Below are positions 57,670-64,000 of a DNA stretch of 64,000 bases, piece after piece. Origin of the DNA: Minisyncoccota bacterium (lineage in GTDB: Bacteria; Patescibacteriota; Minisyncoccia; Phycocordibacterales; CAIZLB01); assembly GCA_021734945.1 (NCBI GenBank), contig JAIPIA010000001.1, forward strand, positions 90,243 to 154,242, written 5' to 3'. Position 1 is the stretch's first letter. Each line of letters begins with the position of its first letter. The translations under genes were made by a program, and so were the position numbers. Under the pieces are notes generated by a model. The model was not told the DNA's origin, ran no database searches, and was given only the letters and a program-made list of their open reading frames with translations.

Positions 57670-59811
57670 CTAGAGCAAGCTCTCAGGGTTCACATGTACA
57701 GAGTATTCATGAGGAAGACTGAGGAGAAGCGCTCGTAGATGCTCATCAGGCCAATCTTTTTTGTCTATAGAAAGTAACATATGTAGTGTTGATTTTCCTT
57801 TGGCCCCAGGTACAAAAGCAGGGAATACAAGCATTTCAAATTTTGCATGTGATTGCTTTTCACATTCTTCGAGAAGTTGTTGGAGCCGCTTCATCTTGGT
57901 TGTAGCGCCCGAACGAGTATCTTCGATTGTTATTTTTATATGAGTAATAAATGGTGGATAATTGAGCATTTTTCTCATAGAAAGTTCCTCCCTGTATAAA
58001 CTGAGTAAGTTTCCTGACGCAATATGTTTAAGAACAGAATTTTTAGCATTTCGAGTTTGAATCAAAACGTATTTTTCAGTTTTTTCTAAGATACGCAAAA
58101 TTGTGTGAGTGATACGTTCATTGATTTTAAAATCTGGTATTGAGAAAAGACTATCAAGAGAGGCAATGGCGGAATATTCAATCTGAGGGATAAATGCCAA
58201 CGAACTTTCCGTACCTAGCAAAATCCCATCAGAACTATTTTTAAATTCTGCAATAACTGACTGAGCTTGTTTATCAGTCTTAACCATATCTTTATCTAGT
58301 CTAAAGATTTCACGTTTTGGAAAATATTTTTTAATTTCATCAGCAACTGTTTCTATTGCGATACCAAGGGTTATGAGTTTCCAGCTGCCACATACTGTAC
58401 AAGCTTCAACAGCACTCCGTTCCGTTCCACAGTGGTGGCATAGAAAAAAACGATTTGGATTTATATCTAAAGAGTATTCGTTGCCACCAGTTTGGTTCTG
58501 TGACTCATGTCCGTTTGAATTTTGACCAGGTGCAAACGCTATCGGCGCAGATTTTTTTTGGTGAAGCACTATAGGTGCTTTGCATACTTGGCACTCAACA
58601 GTATGCCCACAGTCTCCACAAATAGTTTGAGGAGAGAGACCTCGTCGTGCCGTAAAAATAAACATTGGTAGTGATTTTTTGCCTGTGTACTCAATCATTG
58701 AATGGAGCTCCTCTGAAAATATTTGAAATCCTTTTTTATCATCTTTACTTTTTTCACGTTTAGTTTCGCGAACCGTATCATCTTGATTTGTTTGACTTAT
58801 TGACTCATTTTTATGTTTATCATCTTTTTTGTCTGAAGACATATCGATGATAATGAGATCTGCGTCTTTTTCAACTCGATAAGAAATAGGGAAGAAGTCA
58901 GCTATCTCACCAACTTCTCGACGGTATAATGTCTCAACTCGAAGTAAGGTGTCTCCATATATGAGTCTAGAGCCCTGTAGTTTTGCATATGTCTCAATAT
59001 AGTCTCGAAAATCGATATACGGTGTACGAATAGCAGAGTATGCTCGTGAGGATTCTCTTTCTAAAACAATTGTTTGAATATCCATTCGTGGAATAGATGC
59101 AAAAAGAGGAGTAGTAATAATAAGAACAGGGTGCTCAGTTTCGAGAGATTTTTTCCAGAGTTCAATTTGTTTCTTTTTACTTAAACTGCCATGTAGAACA
59201 ATGACATAGTCTTCAATACCTTTTTGCAGATTTTTGTGTAGCTCTTCAGCAGACATAACTGTTGGAGTGACAATGAGCACCGACCTCTTGCGGGCAAATT
59301 CTTCACGTACAATACTTTTGTATGTACCCATTCTGTCTTCTGTATTTGTTTGAAAAACTAAAACATCGCTCGTAATTCCTAAATTATTAATACCTATTTC
59401 TGAATCATTCTTTGCATTTTTTGAAGCCTCTATTTTTTCTGAACGAACTTTAGTCGTAGAAGATTCTTTCGAAAGAGCATCTTGTAAAATAGCATCAGGA
59501 ATACATGATTTGAGAACACTACCAAGTGGTACTGCATATACCTCAGACATTTTTACACATGCACGAATACATTCTGGTTTGACCACATGAAGTTCTTTTG
59601 TCTTCTCAATTTTACGAGTTACAAAAGAAGCTTGTTTAATGTTTGCTTTCGCATGACTTGCCGGTGTGACAGTTCCAACGAGGGCGGGGATAGTTCTTCC
59701 ACGAAGTGGTACTTCTATGATAGTCCCAATATCAAAAGTATGAGAACTCCAGTAGGTGAGTTCATCTTTGAATGCTCCTCTGATGATTGGATATACGGTT
59801 AGGATGTTCAT
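57670..59811 (-). CDS. priA: primosomal protein N' (PriA)-like helicase, apparently degenerate
   Basis: 713 aa; N-terminal 3'-DNA-binding-like domain, two CxxC pairs (CGDCGH...CQVCK; CHHCGT...CTVCGS) as in PriA Cys-rich region; no canonical Walker A GxGKT found; low-complexity Lys/Asp insertion. Confidence 0.65.
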   Translation of the reverse strand: MNILTVYPIIRGAFKDELTYWSSHTFDIGTIIEVPLRGRTIPALVGTVTPASHAKANIKQASFVTRKIEKTKELHVVKPECIRACVKMSEVYAVPLGSVLKSCIPDAILQDALSKESSTTKVRSEKIEASKNAKNDSEIGINNLGITSDVLVFQTNTEDRMGTYKSIVREEFARKRSVLIVTPTVMSAEELHKNLQKGIEDYVIVLHGSLSKKKQIELWKKSLETEHPVLIITTPLFASIPRMDIQTIVLERESSRAYSAIRTPYIDFRDYIETYAKLQGSRLIYGDTLLRVETLYRREVGEIADFFPISYRVEKDADLIIIDMSSDKKDDKHKNESISQTNQDDTVRETKREKSKDDKKGFQIFSEELHSMIEYTGKKSLPMFIFTARRGLSPQTICGDCGHTVECQVCKAPIVLHQKKSAPIAFAPGQNSNGHESQNQTGGNEYSLDINPNRFFLCHHCGTERSAVEACTVCGSWKLITLGIAIETVADEIKKYFPKREIFRLDKDMVKTDKQAQSVIAEFKNSSDGILLGTESSLAFIPQIEYSAIASLDSLFSIPDFKINERITHTILRILEKTEKYVLIQTRNAKNSVLKHIASGNLLSLYREELSMRKMLNYPPFITHIKITIEDTRSGATTKMKRLQQLLEECEKQSHAKFEMLVFPAFVPGAKGKSTLHMLLSIDKKDWPDEHLRALLLSLPHEYSVHVNPESLL

Positions 59812-60046
59812 TGGTCTGTGTACTCTTGGAAATAGTCACTTCTGATTACTTCCCTCAAGTTTTATTACTCCTATTCTCTCAAATATGAAGGAGGTATACT
59901 ATTGACATTTATATATAATTGTATTACTGTTTATTCATTCACTACCAAAATATTTCGGTTGGCTAACTGCCTAAAGAATTAAAATGGAAGACGGTGAATA
60001 AATCCAGATAGATAGTCAAAACAGACAAAACGCCAAACTTAGACCT

Positions 60047-60727
60047 ATGAAAAAAAATCACATTGTCGTCCTCGCCGTGCTTTTTATTGCGGCAGTTATC
60101 TTTGTATCAATGAAAATGAGTATGCAGGAGGAGAAAGCTTCTCTGGTCGCCCCGTTGGCTTCACCTGTTGTTGCCTCCTCGAACGTCCAATCCACGACCC
60201 CAAATACGGATCTGGTTGATCCGTCAGTTCCCGAGCTGGTAGTGGTCGTTCCGGCCAAAAAAATCTCGCTCGACTTGGGTATTGAGAGGCTCAAGTCGAT
60301 TCGGCTGGAGTTGTCTAAAAGAGGCTTTATCATCAATGATACTGTCCCGTCGGTGCCAGGTGAGGTAGTTCCAATTGAAATCCTCACGTATTCAAAGAAC
60401 TCTTCGTCAAAAGAGAGAATTGAACTCTCAGAGATTTTAGAGGATTTGATGAATGCTGGTTACAGACCAATCAATGCCGTGGAGTTAGTGTCGATGGATG
60501 ATAACTTCAGGGAGATTTCGGAGCAATGCATCTTTGCTTTCGGAACGATTCTCAAGCCGGAGAGTCTTAGTCGTAGGGCGATCATCTTTGGAGGTACAAA
60601 TCATGAGAAGACTTTTAGAGCTCAGCTTTATGATATTCCGTTGACTGGTTGGAATCGGAACGATGAACTGTTGCTTGCTGTCGTCAAGGTGAGGCCTACA
60701 AAATCAGACCTTACAGAAAAAAAATAG
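60047..60727 (+). CDS. hypothetical membrane-anchored protein, GC-rich gene
   Basis: 226 aa; N-terminal TM; Pro/Val-rich linker; clearly higher GC than neighbours. Confidence 0.5.
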   Translation: MKKNHIVVLAVLFIAAVIFVSMKMSMQEEKASLVAPLASPVVASSNVQSTTPNTDLVDPSVPELVVVVPAKKISLDLGIERLKSIRLELSKRGFIINDTVPSVPGEVVPIEILTYSKNSSSKERIELSEILEDLMNAGYRPINAVELVSMDDNFREISEQCIFAFGTILKPESLSRRAIIFGGTNHEKTFRAQLYDIPLTGWNRNDELLLAVVKVRPTKSDLTEKK

Positions 60728-60949
60728 TGGTAAACCACTCATACCGTTGAGGATGTGTCTCTCAATAAAAAGGCTTAAAGCCTTTAAGCGTCCGTGTCCC
60801 ATCTCGAGGTTTCGAGCTCTGCGGTATCGGACGTTTTTCATTTTGTTAATTATGCAAAGTATGTAGGCTTTTCCTATTTCTCATATATATAGTAATATAT
60901 GCCCAACAAACCGGTATAATACTTCTGTGATCCCGGGGCTTTAAAATAC

Positions 60950-61963
60950 ATGTCATTCTTCTCAAAAAAACTTGGAATAGATCTAGGAACTGCAAACACA
61001 CTCGTGTTTTTGCCTGGACGTGGGGTAGTGCTTAATGAACCATCTGTAGTTGCCGTGTCCGAACAAGACAATCAGATTCTTGCAGTAGGAAATGATGCAA
61101 AAGATATGATTGGAAAAACTCCAGACAGTATTATTGCGTATCGTCCAATGAAAGATGGGGTGATTGCTGACTATCGTGTGACTGAAGCGATGCTCCGTTA
61201 TTTTATAAACAAAGCTTTGGGTAAATGGAATATTTGGAAACCTGAAGTTATGATTTCAGTTCCTGCTGGTGTTACGTCTACAGAGCGACGGGCAGTGATT
61301 GAAGCTGCTATCAAAGCTGGTGCAAAAAATGCATACGTTGTGAAAGAACCAATTCTCGCGGCTATTGGTGCCGGTATTTCTATTCAAGAAGCTGTTGGAC
61401 ATATGATTGTAGATATTGGAGGAGGTACTACTGATGTAGCTGTGATTTCACTCGGAGGTATCGTTGCATGTACATCAGTAAAATGTGCAGGTAACAAACT
61501 CGATGCTGCTATTACTGACTATATAAAGAAGACATATAACCTCGCAATCGGAGACAAGACTGCAGAGGAAATAAAAATACAGGTTGGTTCTGCAGTACCA
61601 GTAGAAGAGGAGCTCGCTATGACAATCAAAGGCCGTGATTTTCTTACAGGACTTCCTCGCGCTGTTGAAATCAAAACAAATGAAATAGTAAAAGCAATTT
61701 CAAAAGAACTTCGAGATATGATCAAAGCAATCAAAGATGTATTGCAAGAGACTCCACCTGAACTTGCGTCTGACATTATTGATAATGGAATCATCATGAC
61801 AGGTGGTTCATCAATGCTTCGTAACTTGCCAGAGCTTGTATTTCGGCGAACTGGTGTAAAAGCTGTGCTCGCTGACGACGCACTCTATTGTGTGGTAAAG
61901 GGGACTGGTATAGCTCTCGACCACTTGGATACATATAAGAAGACTATTATTACGAAGAGATAG
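60950..61963 (+). CDS. mreB: rod shape-determining protein MreB
   Basis: 337 aa; actin-fold motifs GIDLGTANTLVF, VDIGGGTTDVAV, IIMTGGSSMLRNL. Confidence 0.9.
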   Translation: MSFFSKKLGIDLGTANTLVFLPGRGVVLNEPSVVAVSEQDNQILAVGNDAKDMIGKTPDSIIAYRPMKDGVIADYRVTEAMLRYFINKALGKWNIWKPEVMISVPAGVTSTERRAVIEAAIKAGAKNAYVVKEPILAAIGAGISIQEAVGHMIVDIGGGTTDVAVISLGGIVACTSVKCAGNKLDAAITDYIKKTYNLAIGDKTAEEIKIQVGSAVPVEEELAMTIKGRDFLTGLPRAVEIKTNEIVKAISKELRDMIKAIKDVLQETPPELASDIIDNGIIMTGGSSMLRNLPELVFRRTGVKAVLADDALYCVVKGTGIALDHLDTYKKTIITKR

Positions 61964-62002
61964 AAATAGCAAACTTTCTGTTTTTACGATATTCTTTAGG
62001 TA

Positions 62003-62734
62003 ATGTTGTCTCACCTCAAAAAAGAATCAATGCATCACGCTTTTGTTATAGAAGGCGATATTAAACAATCGCGTGCGGCACTTTTTGATTTTCTTAAAAA
62101 TGAATTTGGTATGGGGCTTGGGCATAATGACCTCGTCCTTTTGGACCGTGGTGATTTTGGTGTTGAGAATGTTCAGGAAATTATAGATGTAAATTCGAGA
62201 AAGCCAACGGTAGGAATGTATAAGATTATTGTTGTGGTCCTAAATTCTATTTCGCACCAAGCTCAAAATGCAATTCTCAAGACACTCGAAGAACCTCGTC
62301 CAGGTACGTTTATTTTTATACTTGCAAATACTGCGTCTGTTTTTCTACCAACAATACTGTCACGTGTGCAGGTTGTGAGAGGAGTTGCTGGTGCGTCTAA
62401 AGATGAGTTGAAGGATGTGTCTAAATCAGATATTAAAAAAAATGAGAGTCTCGATGCTCAAATTTTCATCAAAAATAGTTCAAGTGAAAGACTGTCTCAG
62501 ATTAAAGAAATTCTTGATCTCAAGTCAGATGAGGAAATAGGAGATGGAGAGATATTTGCTTTTATACAAGGCGTAGAAAAGATTACCTCTGAACTCGCTC
62601 AGAAAAGTAAAGACGCCGCACTGAATACTTTGGTAGCACAGATATTTACAAAAGTTGAAGATTATATGAGAGATACTTCATCATCTAAAAAGCTTTTACT
62701 TGAGTATGTGGCACTAAGATTGCCTGTGCTATAG
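62003..62734 (+). CDS. holB: DNA polymerase III delta-prime subunit-like (clamp loader)
   Basis: 243 aa; HAFVIEGD start, sensor/box motifs LKTLEEPRPGTFIFILANTASVFLPTILSRVQVV. Confidence 0.65.
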   Translation: MLSHLKKESMHHAFVIEGDIKQSRAALFDFLKNEFGMGLGHNDLVLLDRGDFGVENVQEIIDVNSRKPTVGMYKIIVVVLNSISHQAQNAILKTLEEPRPGTFIFILANTASVFLPTILSRVQVVRGVAGASKDELKDVSKSDIKKNESLDAQIFIKNSSSERLSQIKEILDLKSDEEIGDGEIFAFIQGVEKITSELAQKSKDAALNTLVAQIFTKVEDYMRDTSSSKKLLLEYVALRLPVL

Positions 62735-62752
62735 ATTTTAAATATTGTAGGG

Positions 62753-62783
62753 AACAAAAAAGCCACCGTCTAGGAACGGTGGC
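62753..62783 (-). terminator. rho-independent terminator for minus-strand gene 62867..63529
   Basis: minus strand reads GCCACCGT-tcctag-ACGGTGGC followed by TTTTTTG. Confidence 0.6.
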
Positions 62784-62866
62784 CTGCCATTGTATGGCGA
62801 TTGTGTTTGTTGAATACTTTCCTAGTAGTATTTTGATCAATAGTGACCAGTGTGTCCGTTTGGACC

Positions 62867-63529
62867 TTAGGGCATCCTGAAGTCAGGATCTTCAAAGAGT
62901 TTCGTGCACAACTCACGAGCCCGAGCGTTCATCATTTCTTCGGTATCCATAGTTTCGGAGTCTGGAATCACAAGGTTGTATGAACCCATGAGCTCGAGCC
63001 TGACAATTATCGCCAAGGTTGCCTTGACGAATGCGTGCAAGTCAGCGATCTCCGATGTGTGATCTGTCTTCGTGTCTTCTTGAAAGGCTAGAATGAGGCG
63101 AACGGCTGCCCGTACCTCATCTTCTAACACCTGTGCAAGAACACTCGAGCTCCTTACTTCTTCGATCCGGTTTGTTGCCCAGATTCCAAGAAATAACTTC
63201 TCGAGCCGGTGATAGTCTTCCAGGTCGTACGAGTTATCCTTAACCCGGCCTTTCTGGATATTGATCCAGGTGCACAGGACAGATGCGGAGATGATTAGAC
63301 CTCCTGCAGTAAGTGCGAATCTTTCCCAAGACGGTGCCTTGAAGAAGAAACACGTTGCAGCAATCATGACTGCGATTTGGATACAGCTGCTGGTGATATA
63401 GCGAACATCCAAGCTTTTCACCTGCTGTAACATTTTCTTGCAGCTGATGTGTAAGGCCATCCGGGAATCAAAAAGTTCGCGGAAGATTTCCAACATTGCT
63501 GCTGGAAGTTTGCTCTGTTTGGTTTTCAT
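62867..63529 (-). CDS. hypothetical membrane protein, GC-rich gene
   Basis: 220 aa; 2-3 central TM helices; higher GC than flanking genes. Confidence 0.5.
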   Translation of the reverse strand: MKTKQSKLPAAMLEIFRELFDSRMALHISCKKMLQQVKSLDVRYITSSCIQIAVMIAATCFFFKAPSWERFALTAGGLIISASVLCTWINIQKGRVKDNSYDLEDYHRLEKLFLGIWATNRIEEVRSSSVLAQVLEDEVRAAVRLILAFQEDTKTDHTSEIADLHAFVKATLAIIVRLELMGSYNLVIPDSETMDTEEMMNARARELCTKLFEDPDFRMP

Positions 63530-63770
63530 GGAACAAGGTTGTGAAGTGTCAGAACTTCACTCTTTGGTGTGTGTTGTAGAAAGAGGGTGTGGACTTCAGG
63601 TCCCATTCGGTACATTTTCAGACTGCACCTCACTTTTTTCACTCTCCACTAACTGACATTAGTAATATTATTATACAATTCTTATTCATTAAAGTCAAGT
63701 ATAAATATGCCCAAAGTAAAGGCTATTTATTAGACAAAGTTCAAACATTCTATGTTATAATCCTCACCAT

Positions 63771-64000
63771 ATGGCATACAATTTTTCAAAATTTCAGCAA
63801 AAAATAAAAGAAACACAGGAATGGTATTCAAAAGAACTTGCTAGTATTCGTACTGGTCGGGCTTCTACTGCATTTCTTGATCCAGTACGAGTAGAATCAT
63901 ACGGGTCTGAAATGCCTATTACATCACTTGCAACTGTAACTTCAGAGGATGCTCGATCTATTCGAATTTCTCCTTGGGACAATAGTCAGACTCAAGCTAT
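63771..64000 (+). CDS. frr: ribosome recycling factor (5' partial, continues beyond window)
   Basis: ATG at 63771; translation MAYNFSKFQQKIKETQEWYSKELASIRTGRASTAFLDPVRVESYGSEMPITSLATVTSEDARSIRISPWDNSQTQA matches Frr N-terminus (IRTGRA, YG...P, ISPWD); not in ORF track because it runs off the window. Confidence 0.8.
   Translation, partial: MAYNFSKFQQKIKETQEWYSKELASIRTGRASTAFLDPVRVESYGSEMPITSLATVTSEDARSIRISPWDNSQTQA

Noticed and set aside
63794-63982. 62-aa minus-strand ORF
   Set aside because: Antisense to a clear frr N-terminus on the plus strand.
1-64000. CRISPR arrays, rRNA genes, additional tRNAs
   Set aside because: No regularly spaced direct repeats and no further tRNA T-loop/acceptor patterns were found by eye; only one tRNA (Asn) is supported.

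Overview
The window is low-GC (roughly mid-30s % by eye) and gene-dense. Its content resembles a reduced, host-associated bacterium (Patescibacteria/CPR-like): type IV pilin genes, a TfoX competence domain, many small DUF proteins, and no visible biosynthetic operons. That taxonomic guess is an inference only.

Housekeeping genes recognised from motifs are murE, a cold-shock protein, a cyclophilin, a MacAB-like efflux operon (membrane-fusion adaptor, ABC ATPase, FtsX permease), hpf, the fmt-def pair, a PriA-like helicase, mreB, holB-like delta-prime and a partial frr.

The most notable region is a roughly 8.7 kb putative integrative island at 29.6-38.35 kb, inserted at the 3' end of a tRNA-Asn(GTT) gene.
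- A large serine recombinase CDS reads into the tRNA 3' end.
- A 16-nt near-perfect copy of the tRNA 3' end at 38337-38352 is a candidate attR.
- Inside lie a phage-type HTH protein, small membrane proteins and a 1425-aa protein with an N-terminal Mrr-like PD-(D/E)xK nuclease domain, a long TPR array and a possible C-terminal PIN-like domain. No STAND NTPase motif is present. This is a strong candidate for an uncharacterised defence or abortive-infection module.
- A strongly structured possible RNA element (four hairpins, two with GNRA loops) lies in the 720-bp non-coding stretch next to the recombinase gene.
- Downstream, a distinctly GC-richer segment (38.4-40.6 kb: membrane protein plus an HDAC-family deacetylase) ends at a clean terminator.

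Other findings are:
- a histidine ammonia-lyase-family gene convergent with a minus-strand operon of two membrane-anchored paralogs, a PaaK-like adenylate-forming ligase and an Lnt-like N-acyltransferase;
- a tandem pair of secreted Tyr-rich proteins;
- a cytoplasmic histidine kinase with three perfect 21-aa tandem repeats;
- a SET-domain protein;
- an accessory resistance-like cluster (MerR/TipAS, OmdA, P-loop kinase, NDT-like, UbiA, TspO, SIMPL, half-VOC);
- two GC-rich orphan genes flanking mreB-holB.

No CRISPR array or rRNA gene was seen.
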